64,000 nt of DNA from Lama glama (GCA_028534125.1 CM052817.1:10604001-10668000), one strand, 5' to 3'; numbered from the stretch's first letter, positions 25,081 through 39,574 are shown. The notes: generated from the sequence alone by a model not told the origin. Program-made: numbers and translations.

Positions 25081-28000
25081 ATATCTTCTGTTTCTATAGC
25101 CTCTTCAGTTTATAAAGCACTTGCAAAATCATCATCTCTTTTTATCCTTCCAAAAATCCTATCAGAAAAGAAATATTATAATCACTTCACAGTTGAGGAG
25201 TTAAGGATTTAAAAAGCTGAGTACTTGCTCCAAGCTCATAGCTCATCAGCCAATAATAGTGAAGTCAGTCAAGTACCATGCCCATTAGGTCCAATGACTT
25301 TTAGTGACAAAATGTAGCCTAAGTTCATATATGTACTATGATCACAGCTATGTAAATATATATACACCTCACACTCTTTTATGAAGGAGCCTGATTACAA
25401 ATTGATGCAAAAATGTACTTTCTATCTCATCTTTCCCAGCCACTGAATATTCATCTAGGAAACTATAAGAGAGGAAAACTCACAGAGGGAAGGCCCCCAA
25501 CTGTCCTGGGACTTTAGTAGCACACCTACAGCATGGGGGTGGTTTGGGATTATGTTAGTGAGAGGACAGAACGGTGGTTAGAACATGAACTCTGACCTCG
25601 GTCTCAGGCAAAGATGCCCAACTCACAAAGAGTATCAAATGTGCTATAGTACTTGACACAGACAGAACACACACAGAAGAAAATAAGAGCTTTTAATATG
25701 TCCATTCTTCTTGTCTGAGAATGGATCAAGAGGTCTCCTTCTCTTCTACCAGAAGCAAGTGGGGGATGCCCCAGTTTCAGCTCTCGGCTCCCTAACCTGA
25801 CCCCTAGAAGACCTTACAAGAAGGACCCACTGCCAGTAATACAGCCTCAGTGAAGAGTACTCAGGGGTATTTGCCTGGGCTCAGCAGTGTCCCCCGTGTC
25901 TGCATGCACACTCCAACCCAGGTTCCATGAGATAGATGGCAAATCATGCAAACTCATAACCTGCGAAACTGTGTCTTGATTGGATACACTACATATGCTT
26001 GGTCTTAGCTACCTAAGTCCCTAAGGAAAATTACAGAACACCACTTTTTTTCTTAGCCCCCAGAGAAAAAGATTCAGTTATTACATTTTTAAAATTCAGG
26101 GCAGGCATAACCATAGCTGGTCTTGACACTTCTGAACAGCCCTGCGTTTCCAGGGAAAGCACATCTAACACAACCAGCATACTGAGGTCTATTTTAGAAC
26201 GTCGGAAATTGAGTGGATTCACAATATCCCAGAAAAATCAATATTTTTCTTGAAATATGAGGCAGGTAAACCAAATATTTAAATTAGATGATGACATGAT
26301 TTACTCACATTCTCCCACCTGGTAAAATGACTATTTCAATGGCATTTTGCATCCTGTGTGCACCTACTTAACAGGTGTTTGATAATCCTTTAGAAGACAT
26401 TGCCTGTGAGTAAGATTCTAATTCTCAAGGAGTTACCTTTGAGCAAGAATGTTACTTTCCATTCTGACTGCAAACAGCACCTAGAAAAATACCAGCCAGT
26501 TTGTGTATCATGTATTCTCCCCTAGATTGAATGAGGGCTTTTTTTTCTCCCTTTACGCTTCCTGAAGACAAGTTGAAGTGTGTGAAAAATGTAGTGTTGA
26601 CTCTGAAGCCCTACACAAATATCGGTTGTTATGTTGGAAAAAATCAGCTTTACATTGATCTCAGAATCAAACAACCTCAAAAACTTCAGAGATGGGAGGA
26701 AACCAGGAGGTCACAGAGTCCAACCTCCTGTTTTCAAGTGGGCCCCGACAAATGAAAACCAGATGACATTTCCAACGGACCACTTTCAAATTAAATGTCA
26801 GCTGCATATGATGGTGCAACCTAAAACACCATCAACTCTTAGCAAAAAGCTCTTCCCCCATTTTCTCCAAGAGGCCATCAAGACCCAATGGAATTCATCT
26901 ATTCATTCCAGAAGCTTATAAAGGGGGTGTTGGTGTGTACTTCTTGGGGAACTCATCTATTTTCATGACTTTGGTGAGCACATTTTAAGGTTATAATCCT
27001 TCCACACACTTTTTAAGAGTCACCTTTGTAATTCTACTCCACGTATTATTTTTAACTCATAGTCAACAGATATAAAGCATAATAAAGCCATCTAAGCCCA
27101 GAATCCCAATTGCTGGTTGGGAATTTAAACCTTTGGCTGCCAAATACCTCCAAAGTGCAAATTATAGTGGTTTCGTGACCTTGGAGGGACTTGTTCATTG
27201 AAGGGAAAAAGTCAAGAAAATCACACAATGGGTGAAAGTGAGAAAATCAGAGAGAGAAAGAGAGAAAGAGCAAAGAGGAGCTCAACCCAGCAGAAGAAAC
27301 TTGTTTTCAAAATAGACCTTATCCAGTACAATTTTTCAGGAGTTAAAAAAAAGTTCTAATGTTATTTAAAATATATAAACTAGCTGACTTACATTTGTAT
27401 CCCTCCACAAAAGCATGCTTAAAATTATTTAATACACACACTGAATAAGGCACCCAAAATATTTTGAACATGCACCATAACAGACTTTGGAATGGAAATT
27501 AAATTATTTTTTAAATGTTCACAAACATCATTGTGTTCGATACTTTCCACAGCAGCCTTTGGGCAGCAGATACTGTTAAGATCTCCATCTTAACAATGTA
27601 GATGTAGACAGAGCTTGAGCTCTGGAGACCACTGCTTGGATTCCTATTTTTAAAGCCCAACCAATTTCTCTTTCTGAAAGAACAGCTGGGCATAGAGTTA
27701 AGAGGTCAGGGTCTGCAACTGGAGTTCCTGGGTTGGAATATAAGTTCTCAACTCTCAGAGCCCCGGTTCCCTCACCAGTAATGTAGCTATTGTGAGGATT
27801 AAATGAGTGAGTGTATAGCAAGCTTATGAAGACCTAGCAGAGTAGGCTTATTGCAAAAGGAAACTGTTAATCATCATACTTCAACAGAAAGGAAATATTG
27901 CAAATCGAAAAAGAAAGTCCACCATCATCTCATCACACAACCATTATTATTTTTTTCCCTTGCTGTGCTTTTCCCTTTCCTCATTGTTAGCATATTGGCA

Positions 28001-28179
28001 ACTGTTCAGTATATACAAATCTGTACTCTGCAGAGTTCACTTAATATAGCATAAACACTTTTCTCACAAACACCATGTTCAATATCTACAGCCAGTAAAT
28101 TTACTATAAGTAATCATTTCCTTAGTTTTTAAACAGCAACGTTCTTTGCAATTTTAGCACTAAAAATAATGCTGTAATA

Positions 28180-28496
28180 GAAAGAGACTCACAAGCATAG
28201 AAAACAAACTTATGGTTACCGGGGGAAAAAAGGACAGGGAGGGATAAATTGGGAGGCCGGGATTTGCAGATACTGACTACTATATATAAAATAGATAAAC
28301 AAGGCCCTACTGTAAAGTGCAGGGGACTATATTCAATACCTTGTAATGGCCTATGATGAAAAAGAATATGGAAAGTAATATATAATCTATGTATAATTGA
28401 ATCACTATGCTGTACACGAGAAACTAACACAACATTGCAAATTGACTACACTTAAATTTAGAAATTAACTCAATTAAAAATCAATTTAAAAAAAAG
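28180..28496 (+). mobile_element. Young L1 3' end inserted in an older antisense L1M
   Basis: agactcacaagcatagaaaacaaacttatggttacc...A-rich tail. gctgtaata is duplicated at 28171-28179 and 28497-28505. Confidence 0.9.
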
Positions 28497-29621
28497 GCTG
28501 TAATAAGTATCTTCCTGAATTTAGCATTTTCCACACACTGGATTATTCCCTAAGAATGAATTCTTTATATGTATGCCTCTTAAGGGCAGGAAGCATGTCT
28601 TCCTTCTTTGGTGTTGAGTCCTCAGAGACTCGCAGAGAGTCTGGTTCAAGAAACAGTTGACAAATGAGTGAATGAATGAATGGATCCCTTCAACAGATTC
28701 TCATATGTTAAACATATATATATCATTAATTAAAATGTGAATGCCAAGTGCTAAAAACTATAGGACACTCTCATCCTATACATTATAGAAGGCATTATCA
28801 AATAGCATAAACTTTCTTCCCAAAAATTAAAAATTTTTTTTTATTTCTTCAGAACCCAAAGTGTTTGCCTCCCCTATTAGGAGCAATTCATTGTGGGTCG
28901 GCTAGTAACAGGGGTAGAGTTTAAAACTAAATCCCTCACTCCTCCATTTCCCTGGGTGCCTCATTTCCAATTCTTTGGCCAACGACATTCTTTCACCAAA
29001 AGGACATCCTTTTACTCAAGCTTTATTTCTATTTCTGCAGTTCCACATTTGGGAAAGAGACTTAAAAGTTTACTTCACAAAACTTGTGGCTCCCACATGG
29101 CTCTTTATACAGTAAAGATATTAAGAATTTCTCTTTTACTTTTCTCATAAGTATTTTCTTTCTAGTTCTGCTTTTTTATGGTGTAATTGGGATATGTCCT
29201 CGAGGCACAGAAGTTTTTCATTTTTAAGAAATCAAACAGATTGACTCCTTGCATTCAAGAAAATATTCCTCCTGCCTTTCCTCACCTTGAATCTTTTTGG
29301 CAATGACTTCTTAAGACAGTGGTTCAAAGTGCTCCTTCCCTGATCTGAGTTTCTTCACGACATTAGCATACTCTTCAGAACCCCTGAAAACATCTCCTTT
29401 ACCTGACCTATGAGCCTAATGTTTTCTCCACCTGTATTCCTTTAACTTCAGACTTGATGTTGTGTTAAATGTTCAAAGCAAATGGAGTGTGGTCTGCGGT
29501 TAAAAGGTCCAAGAGAGAAAACTGCATCATGTCATGTTACTGTTAATGGTGGGTTAGAAGTAAACATCCCTAAGCAGATGCAGGGGAATCTATTGACCAC
29601 TGGAGGCAAGTTCACACTGAC

Positions 29622-30220
29622 TCTTTAAGATACATACGCCCCAATGTTCACAGTGGCACTATTTACAATTGCTAAGACATGGAAGCAACCTAAATGTTCA
29701 TCGACAGGTGACTGGATAAAGAAGTTGTGGTGTATATGTATACAAAATGGAATACTACTCAGCCATAAAAAAGAATAAAATAATGCCATTTGCAGCAACA
29801 TGGATGTACCTGGAGATTGTCATACTAAGTGAAGTAAGCCAGAAAAAGAAAGAAAAATACCATATGATACCACTTCTTTGTGGAATCTTAAAAAAAAAAA
29901 AAAGACACAAATGAACTTATTTACAGAATACAGACAAACTCACAGACATAGAAAACAAACATATGGTTACCAGGGGGAAAAGGGGATGAGGAGGGATAAA
30001 TTGGGAGCTTGGAATTTGTAGATACTAACTACTAGACATAGAATAGATTAACAGCAAGGTCCTGCTGTTCAGCACAGAGAACTATATTCGATACCTTGTA
30101 ATGGCCTATAATGAAAAAGAATATGAAAAGGAATATATATATGTATAAATTAATCACTATGCTGCACACCAAAAATTAATACATTGTAAATCGACCATAC
30201 TTCAATAAAAAAAAAAAAAA
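29622..30220 (+). mobile_element. Young 5'-truncated L1 (ORF2 end, 3'UTR and polyA)
   Basis: aagacatggaagcaacctaaatg...aatgccatttgcagcaacatggatg...cttcaataaaaaaaa. Confidence 0.95.
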
Positions 30221-31391
30221 GACTGTACAGAGTAGACATATTGAGTGAATGTTTTAGCCCAGCCCCATCTTAAAGGTGACATGCTCAGATTTGCTGGGGG
30301 GGGGGTGTCTCAATTTCACTACGCTAACACAGAGGGGTTGGGGTCGTACCAGGTCAGTGACCTCGGTTGTTTGGTTCCTGAAGCTCTCAAGTTGGTGCGC
30401 TGAGCCTCCACACTGAAGAGCAGCTTTGGTGACCACAGCCACAACATACTGGGGGCCCCTGAGCTCTCTTCTAACTCCATCACGGGAAGATTCTATGGCC
30501 ACACCTGCTTCCTTTGAACATCGATGGTGTGTAACCCTCTCAGCAGCGGCTTTCCCTATCAGGGGAACCCAGCCAACAGGGAGTAGGGGGTCACTCTTCT
30601 CTCTGACCTGCTTTTAATGGGCACAAGGACATGGCACGTGTTAGGCGCTCAATGAATGTTTGTTATGGTTGTGAATACTGGATATCACACAGGCTATTTG
30701 CAAAATACAAGCTTAACTATGATCCCACATTCTCTGTTTCTTCTTCCAGCGACATCTGATGACAGTGACAGTCAGGGGTAATAATAAGCTTGCCAGTACT
30801 AACAGCATAAGGACTTACAGACCCCGACTACTGCCAGGTGTTCAGCCAGGTGGCTTGCATGTACGATCTCTTTCAGTCCTCGACTTCCCGGCCAGGTAAT
30901 TACTATTAATTCTAGTCTATGAGATCACTTAGGAGGAAACTGAGACCAGAGAAGTCAAATAGTTTGCCCAAGAAAAGATGAACTAGTACTAAGTAGCAAG
31001 GCGAGATTTTAAGGCCAAGTCTCTCCTGACATCAACTCTCATACTTTTTCTACACACTATACTGTCTCTTAAGACCTTGGTCCATCCCTCACATTCTTCC
31101 GCTGCCTAAGACACTCGGTTGGCCAGGTAGTTGTTAGTGAGATGAGAAACCCTGCCTGCAACCTGTGAACCCATCCAGATGACTAATCAGTTGCAATCAC
31201 TTCAAATAACTAATAGCCCAGCGATTGCAGGTTTTATACGTAGAAGGCCTCCTTGCGCTACTGATAAGCAAAAGATCAAACTCAGTAACAGAACTGGTTT
31301 AACTTATTGGAAGTGGGACTAAAGATTCTATCCATCTGTTTTTGATGACCTACCTGCATAGGAATCAGACTTTTGAAAGATGTTTTGTTAC

Positions 31392-31424
31392 CTTCGGTGG
31401 TAGTTTGAGAGAGTATATCTAGAG
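31392..31424 (-). other. Candidate 33-nt microexon of an unidentified host transcript
   Basis: The minus strand reads ttcagtgcttttacag|CTCTAGATATACTCTCTCAAACTACCACCGAAG|gtaaca. It is frame-preserving, two frames are open, and it lies in repeat-free sequence. Confidence 0.3.
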
Positions 31425-32049
31425 CTGTAAAAGCACTGAATATGTAAATTTAAGAAACATTTATAAGTTAAAAATACTGAAGCGCAACCATGTGTAAGCT
31501 TTGCTCCACGCAGGTAAAAGGCGACCCTCCTTTTGCAGTGGGGAGACTCCCCAGAGCGCTTTGTTAATTTCTTCATGTCATTTCCATGAAAATGGAGCCC
31601 TCCTTTGTATGAAGACGCTAAAGCCACATCACACGGACAATGCAAAGGAGTCAGCAAAGAGCGCTTTGTCATAAAAATATAGCATTTATTTCAGCAGTTC
31701 CTGTGGGTTTTTGATATCAAAGTCTCTTTATGACACTGACAGTCATCAAGCGGATGTTTGTCGAAGTACATTTCCCAGATGTCTAAATAAAACAGTTTTT
31801 GCTTTGATGAGTTTTTACTCTGAGAGCTGGAGAAAGACTGTGCTCTATTTGAATTTCTCTGCTTGTGGAGTATGTGTCATATCTCTCTTCTTTTTTTTTT
31901 CAATTTGCCTGTCACCCCAAATTTGAATAGTTAACGTTCTAGTTAGTTGGACTCCAGTTCATGAAAAATCTCTTATAGATGTTTTTCTAACAAGATAAGG
32001 GACAGAATAATGATATGAAGGGCAGGGAAGTGTCTCCAGAAAAACAGAA

Positions 32050-32780
32050 ATTTAACTGATAAGTGGGCAAAAGCAAAAACAGACAATTTGGAAGCAAGAA
32101 AATTTAATGACTAGTAAACATATAGAAAAATATTCACCCTCACTAGTAAGTCACAAAATGCAAACAAGACTATCAACACCAAATAAGTTTTATCTATCAA
32201 ATCAGCAAATGCTTCTTCTAATGATACTCAGCAGAGGTCCGGGTGTGTTCAAATAGCCAAGCACATCTATACTGATAGGATATTGATTGCATCTCCTTAT
32301 TGGAAACACGCTGTTGTCACAGTGCATGAAGAGTCTCAGGAGTGTCCCCACTCCCTGACTCTGCAACCCCCTTAAGGCTGTCATCCAAATTATGGAAAAA
32401 TCCTTTTAACCAAAGCTGCTCACCGTAATGGCATTAAAACAACAGCAATTATTAAAACTCTATCAATAAATTAAATCATCTTACTGACTAAAACAAATAT
32501 TCGGCAAGTGGGAGATATTATTCTTTGAGAAATCCCCTAAAAGTTATAGTTTAAGCATTTATTATCAGGCAAATGAACAAAAGCAAAATATAAATTTATA
32601 GTACCAACACCATCCCTAGTGAAAAAAGTGAAAGAAAAATATTGGGAAAAAAACAAACAGATTCTCAACTATCAAGTTCTCTGAGTGGTGAGATGCTTGC
32701 TGGTATTTCTCTTTTAAATCTACGTATGTGTCTTTATTTTTCTTATACTCTACAATAAGACACTACATTAACACCAGCTA
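32050..32780 (+). mobile_element. Old L1ME-type fragment
   Basis: aagtgggcaaaag..aacagacaattt...taaacatatagaaaaatattcaccctcactagtaa...aaatgcaaa. Confidence 0.7.
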
Positions 32781-33239
32781 CAAATTGCATTATAAAAAGT
32801 GGGGAAAAAAATAAAAAAGAATTATGTAAAGGGTCTTAGTGACAAGTCATCACTAAAGGCTTAGCACTTCATTCAAAACTAAGGCTACAGAACAGAGTTC
32901 TAAACGGAGATTATACAGTCATTTTGGAGAAGCCCATGTTACATACTATGATTGAATTAATGGCTTTTTCACCCAAGCTAATTTGAAATTTTAATATGTT
33001 AAAACAATGTCAAAAATCTTGGTATTCAAATATTTGGCAAAACTTTCTGAAAAGAGAGCAGATGTGTTCCATGTGTTTCCAGAGAGACAAAAATGTACAC
33101 ATGGATGGAAGTTGCAAGAAGGCAGAGTCCAGATTAGCCTGTGAAAGAATTTTTCACTTTAAAGTCATCCCACAAAGGAGTGGGCAGCCAACCCTCCTCA
33201 GCTAGGACAGGATTTCAGCAGAGACTGCAAGGCCATGTG

Positions 33240-34040
33240 CTCAAATGTAGAAGAAATCATTTCCTTCCTAAACTTTCTCCCTCCTCCATTTAAGCAATCT
33301 CCATCCCAGTAAATAGCACCAATATCCACAGAGTTGCTGAAGATAAATATTCTTCTCTTTCCTTTACCAATCACATCCAGTCCGTCAGCAAAATACATCT
33401 CAAATCCATCCACTTCTCCCCAACTCCACTGCTGCCATTCCAATCCAAGCCAGCACCTTGTTTCCAGCAGAGCACTGAAGGGGTCCATGCTCTTTCCCCT
33501 GAAATTCACTCTCTGTACTGCTGCCAGAATGCTGTATCTACAGCATAAAGCGGCCTACTTGCAGCCTTCCAGAGACTTCCTTCCCAAAGCTCTCCCTTCC
33601 CTGGTCTACAAGGACCAATAAAATCTGACCCCTAGCAATCTCTTCAACCTAATCTCAGGCCATTTGCTGCAGCCATATTGGCTGGCTCTCTCTCTCTCTT
33701 CCCCTCTCCTTTTGTATTTGCCATTGGCTCCCATCTAGAATATTCCCCTCTAGGTGTTCACAGGGCTGGCTTACTCTTGCATACACATCTTTCTTACAAT
33801 ATCAGCTCCTCAGGGAGGATTTCCCTGACTACCTCATCTAAAGTAGCCCCAAACATATTCTCTCCTATCACCTTCTTTTCTTTCTTCTTAGTCCTTAGAG
33901 CACTACTTGCTTTCTTATTTTCCTTCCATTGATTTCAGTCAATACAAGCTCTGTGAGAGAAGGACCTTATCAATCTCATTCACTGCTTCATTCGAATGCT
34001 TGGTATAAGCAGATATTTAGCTAATAAAGACAGAACGAAT
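33240..34040 (+). mobile_element. L2 LINE 3' region
   Basis: aatcacatccagtcc..aaaatacatctcaaatccatccacttctcc...tcctcagggaggatttccctgactac. Confidence 0.85.
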
Positions 34041-34452
34041 GTTAGATACACTTTACCATGACCAAATCCCACACCAGAGAACACAGAGACACGATCTAAG
34101 GGGTCTGGTGGCTCACTGAGAAACCTTGTCAGAGAGTGGTGTGACTTCCTTCCGATCCCTCTGGTCCAATGGCTGCATTAACTCTTTGGGAGCCATTTAA
34201 CAATACAGTCACTAACGGAGTCTTAAGTGACACTTGATGATGTGGCTGTTTCCTGATCCTCAAAAGTAACACATTCTTTGAAGTGTACCTATTGAAACAT
34301 AGCTATCAAGAATGCAGGGGACACTGGCCCCTACTTTCCTTCCTGTTACTCTCTGACCATTACATGGGTAGAGGTCCTGTCTCCTACTGGAGCATCAGCA
34401 CCATGAAGGCAGGAGCCAGCTCTTAGCCCCACATCCAGTCCCTGTTACATTT

Positions 34453-34611
34453 TTTTCTTTTTAATTTTTTCTGGTCTTTTTTTTTTCTTTACATTTAAAA
34501 AAACTTACTTAAAAAAAATTTTTCCCCTTAACAGGCACTGGGGATTGAATACAGGACCTTATGCACACCAAGCATGGGCTCTACCACTGAGCTATACCCC
34601 GCACCCCTCTG
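34453..34611 (-). mobile_element. Vic-1-like SINE
   Basis: The minus strand reads GGGGTATAGCTCAGTGGTAGAGCCCATGCTTGGTGTGCATAAGGTCCTGTATTCAATCCCCAGT. A perfect 15-bp TSD gtccctgttacattt lies at 34438-34452 and 34612-34626. Confidence 0.92.
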
Positions 34612-35816
34612 GTCCCTGTTACATTTGATCCCACCTAATGCACAAGCTAGTCACACAGTGGGCATCTGCATACTGGGGAGTGACAAAAAATAGTGTGAAA
34701 ACCATGCTTTCAACAATGCTCTCCAAGAAAGTGAGGACTTTTCAGCCTAAATACTCCAAAAAATATTACTGAACTTTGCATCCATCTTTCCAAGTGCCAG
34801 GCAGCATAGGTCCTTGGGAGGGAGGCAAAGATTCTGGATGAGGGACAACATGAAGGCAGCACTAGAAAGAATGAGGGTCTTAGGAGCTCTGCACAGGGTG
34901 AGGGTAAGAGGTCTTTCCAGCTGCCAGTGACCAGTTCTTTGCCCAGAAAGAGGCACTGCATAGGGTAATGGAAAGATATCAAACTCTGAAGTCCAATTGG
35001 CCCACCCAAATCAAGGCTCTACCACCTACTAGCAGAGCTCTGTGGACAAGCTATTTATTTCAGCTAAGCTTCAGTTCTCCTCTGGGCAAAACTATTATAG
35101 TAATATCTACATCATAGAAATATTGAGGAGATTAAGTGAATGTATATATGGAAAAGCTTCTGAAAGTCTTGGCATCATGTAGACACTTAATTTACATGAG
35201 CTTGTTTCCTCCCTTTCCAGAGCACACAGGAGGATGCTGCTTCCACTGCAGAAATTTCAGACGTCAAGTTTCCCACACTGCAGAAAGTGGAGCAATCTAG
35301 GAATCAAAAGGAAAACCACACCACCATCCAAAGTCACCATTTCCCTCATGTGACCACCTGAAGAACGAGGTCCTGGAATGAGAATCCCTTTTAGCAATGT
35401 CTTCTTGGGCTCTGTGTGACTGAAGAGAGGAGAGAAAGGTCACACCAAATTTCTGGAATAAGCAGAAGAAAGATGGTGGAGCCGTTAACTGAAGTAAGGG
35501 ATTCAGGAAAAGAGCAAGATGGTGAGTTCAGACTGGGACTTGGTGAACTCAGGGTGTCTGTTCAACACTCATGAGCATGTTTTCAGGAAGCAGTTGGAGA
35601 TACAGCCTCAGACTCTGGAGGGAGTCTGCAGGTTTGCAGATAGGTGCTTAGGTGTAATGGTACAGGTGAGAGTTAAAACCATGTGTGTGTGTGCCCGCAC
35701 ATGCACACGTGCACAGAGAGGGAGATATCATCCAAAGAGAATGTGTCAGGTGAGGAGGAAACTTGTTCAGAATGGCTACCCTAAGAAGTCCCCACATTTC
35801 TGTGGGAGTAGAAGAA

Positions 35817-36004
35817 GTGGGGGTGCTGGCGAGTGTTGAATGCTCTTGAGGTTCGAGGAAAGCTGATTTTTAACATTTGCCAATTTCCATGGTGTAAATA
35901 CTCTACTATAGTCAATTTCAAGCTATGCACATGACACCAACAGGCTCACAAAGTTCCTGAAAAATTAACGATTGGCTTCCACAAGCAAGTCTGAGCCACA
36001 CCTG
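35817..36004 (-). mobile_element. MER63A-like element nested in an antisense L2
   Basis: atttgccaatttccatggtgtaaatactc..atttcaagcta...ggctcacaaagttcctgaaaaattaacgattggct. Confidence 0.75.
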
Positions 36005-37904
36005 GCAGGTAGGGGAGGAGAAAAAGGACTGAACAATAAAATGATCAGGGAAGTAGAAACACAAACTGGGACAATGGAACCATGAAAGCCAAGGGTCTTG
36101 TGTTTCTTAGTAGAGATTGTGGCAATCAGAACAGAAAGGTCCAGTAAATAAACACAAGAGATATCACTCAGGAGCAATCCTGATTCTATCATGCTCTTGA
36201 TTTGTGATCTCAGGCAAGGCTCATTTCCACAGTTGCAGGATGGAGACAATCTCACCTCACGGGGTTTTTACGAAGATGCAATTATCTAAAACTCATGAAG
36301 GACCAATCAAAGTGCCTGGAATAGGACAGACCCTGGGTACGATTAAGTGTCTTTACTTCATCCCTTACAAGGGCATTCGGGCATTTAAACTAAATTACAA
36401 AGCTATCCTGTGCTCTACCCATGATTGAGGAGGAAGGAAACGTTCCTTCTGCTGGGGTAAATCATGCAGCTCCCAGAGCATGAGGGGATAAACAGGATGG
36501 ACCTTTCCTGCCCGTCACACGCATCTACAGCACAAGGAAGTGGCAAGCTTTTATACACATGGGCTGGGCACATGGAGGGAAATCCATTCATAAAGCACGT
36601 TGGAGGATCATCTGGACCAAAGATGTGATATGACTATCTGTGGTCATCACCAACTACATGTTCTATCGGTCTGAGTCATGGAAGCTACGGAGTATGTAAA
36701 GCTTCAGAAGATAATACCTAGGAAATTAAACTGCTCCAGCTTTTCTTAATTTGACATTAGCTATTTTTAGGATTTCATGATCTCATTTCTTACATGAACT
36801 CAATACAAGAGTAATATTTGTTTTACATCTCTTAAATGGTCCCTTTGGGGCTGAGAACTTAACTTTATTTATTTTCCTATGGTAAATATAAGAAATTTAG
36901 GCAGTTACCAAAGTGTTAAAGTCAGTCACTAATATTTAAAACAAACAAACTGATCTAAGTATTTTAAGGAACAGTGGATTTCATATACATATGGAATGTC
37001 TTATTTATATTAGTTGGTCAGAATTTGGAAAATGGAGAAAGAAAAGGTCACTTTAAGTTTAGTGAAAACTTTGGCCCGCATATCCGTAACACGGATAGGT
37101 AGGCATCACTTCTCAGTAGGGAGCAATCAAAAGAAAGTGCCTTAGCTTCCAGAAAACTCTCTCATTTTCCAGCTATGTGTGCACTGTTTTTCTTCCTGTT
37201 GCATATAGAATAAAAATGTTTCCTCATGTGCTATTATGCTATAAGGTTTAAGAAGCCACATTTCTACAATTTTTTAAAAAATTATCAATTTTGTTAATAA
37301 ATTCATAACTATATTCTCCTTGGAAAAAATGTAAAGGCCAAATGCATCAAAGGTCACAACTGAAATAACTTTCTGTTGTGAGTCTTCTGCCTTCCTCTAA
37401 AATAATGATTATTGTCATTTTATGATATAATTTGGGTATTTAGCATTCAAGATATTGTTTATTTTCTTGCACATTGAAATACATACATCTACACATATGT
37501 TTTATATCCGTAACAGTTGTGTATATAAATATGTATATAGCTGTTATACAATTATATGTATATGTTTCTATAAAATAGTGCCTTGGGTAGGAGAAAGTAA
37601 TTTATAAGTAATATACTCAACATTTTCTGAAACTTGCCATTTTCCACACTAAATAATATCTTGTAGGACATTTCTGTCAGGACATTCTATATTATTCTAT
37701 GTAATATTGTGTTTTACTATGTACAGAGGCACATAGTTACTTAGGCTTTGCCCTATCGCCGAAGAAATATTTGCAATATATTTATAAAAGATCACTGTTC
37801 CTAATATATGCATATGACTTCTATAAGTCAATAAGAAAAAGACAACTTGATAGACAAATTGGCAAAGGAAATGGATAGTCAGTTTGCAGAGGTCAATATT
37901 ATCT

Positions 37905-39258
37905 AGTGTGGCAGTCCTGAAAGGGTCCCCAAGATCATTTCAGGGGACACGTGAGATCAGAACTATTTTCATCATATTTTGTCTTATTTGCCTTTTTCTT
38001 TGTGTTGACATTTTCAATGATTGTGCACAGCAATGGTGGAGGGAGCTGGGAGCCTTAGCACAAAATCAAAGCAGTGGCACTAAACTATACAGGAATAATT
38101 GTATTCTTCACCACCATGTACTTGGAGCTAAAAAAGTATTTCCTGACAAAGGAGTAAAAACTACAGATTGTATTATATCTCTACCATTGAGCACTTGCCT
38201 TTTTATTATTCTGTGTGACAAAATGAGATGTGTGAATACTATCTTTAGAAAAAACACTTGTGTGATTGTTGTAAGCTCAACTAGTGGCTTATTTCATTCA
38301 ATACCATTTTAGTTGAAACAACAACTGAAAACTCTAGTTATTCAGAGGTAAATTTGGCAAACATTTTCTCAAAACTTAACAAAATGGGCTGATGACTTCA
38401 AAGAAAACAACTGACGGTTTCTGTCACCAATGACAAACTTGGAACTTTTGAGCAAAAATTAAATTATGGTAAACTTATATCTGCCTCTGTGAGCTTGACA
38501 GCTTCCGAATATTTTAAGACTTTTCTAATGAGATTGATGGTGATATTAACAAATGGGATTTTTTTTTTGCTCTTGCATAATGAAAAGTGTCAAATTTGGA
38601 AGATTTGCAAAATTCAGTGAACCAATATTTTCCAAAAGACCAATGCACGATATTACAAATTCATGAACGGCTAAAGATCCATTCACAATGCAAGATAATC
38701 AATTTTAATATTACAGCATGAGAAGTTCAATGATACGGTTTCAGATCCCACATTGAAACCTACCTTTGAGAAACTACCACTTGCAAAGTTTTGCTCTAGG
38801 AACAAAGAATTATTTCAAAAGGCTATTAGGATATTCCTCCTTTTTCCAACCACAGTTTTATGTGACACTGATTTTTTTCATATTTCCTTCAACTAAAACA
38901 ACGTATCAACGGATTGAATGCAGAAGCTGATGTGAGAATCCATCTCTTTTCTGTTAAGCAAACATTTAAAAGATTTGCAAACATGCAAAACAATGCCTAT
39001 CTTCTCACGTAACTTCTAATTTGCTTGAGAAAACATAATTTTTCTAATCAAAACAGTGTCATCTATACTAACATGTAATAAGTTCACTATTGCCATTTTT
39101 AAATTAATAATAATAATTTTTTAAATTTCTCAGCTTTAATTTCTAACATGGTAAATCTTGACAGCTGTTACCCACAGAAACAGGAAGTTCCTAGGGGATT
39201 TCAAAAAAAAATTAAAAGTGTCAGGAATTCCTGAGAACAAAAATTTTGAGAAACTCTG
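37905..39258 (+). mobile_element. Charlie1a-like hAT DNA transposon with decayed transposase, nested in an old L1
   Basis: gggtccccaagatcatttcagggg..aactattttcat...tgtgttgacattt..gcaatggtgg..ccttagcacaaaatcaaagcagtggcac, ending tttgagaaactctg. The ORF at 37884-38312 retains a CILHHH motif like the hAT CxxH. Confidence 0.85.
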
Positions 39259-39574
39259 GTCAAGAAAATGAAGGTCAAATTTTGATACCACTTTTGATTC
39301 ATCAGTTTAGCTAAAATTGTCAAAATTAATAATATTAAGCCTCAGTAAGAGTACAGGAAGTGGGTATTCTCATATTCTGATTGCTTAAGGGGTCATAAAT
39401 TGATACAGTTATTTTGAAAGACAGACTGTGTCAATTACAGATGTTGGCAAACTTTCTATGAAGACCAGAAGAAGGGGGAGAAAGCCTTATTTAGGTTTAA
39501 AGGATTATTTACATTTAAAATGTATATACTCTGTGTTTCAGTAACTCTGCCCTTAAGTACCTATACTGAAGAAG

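Noticed and set aside
37884..38312. 142-aa ORF as a domesticated transposase
   Set aside because: It is a fragment of a decayed Charlie1a-like element. The frame is broken downstream and the ORF is far too short.
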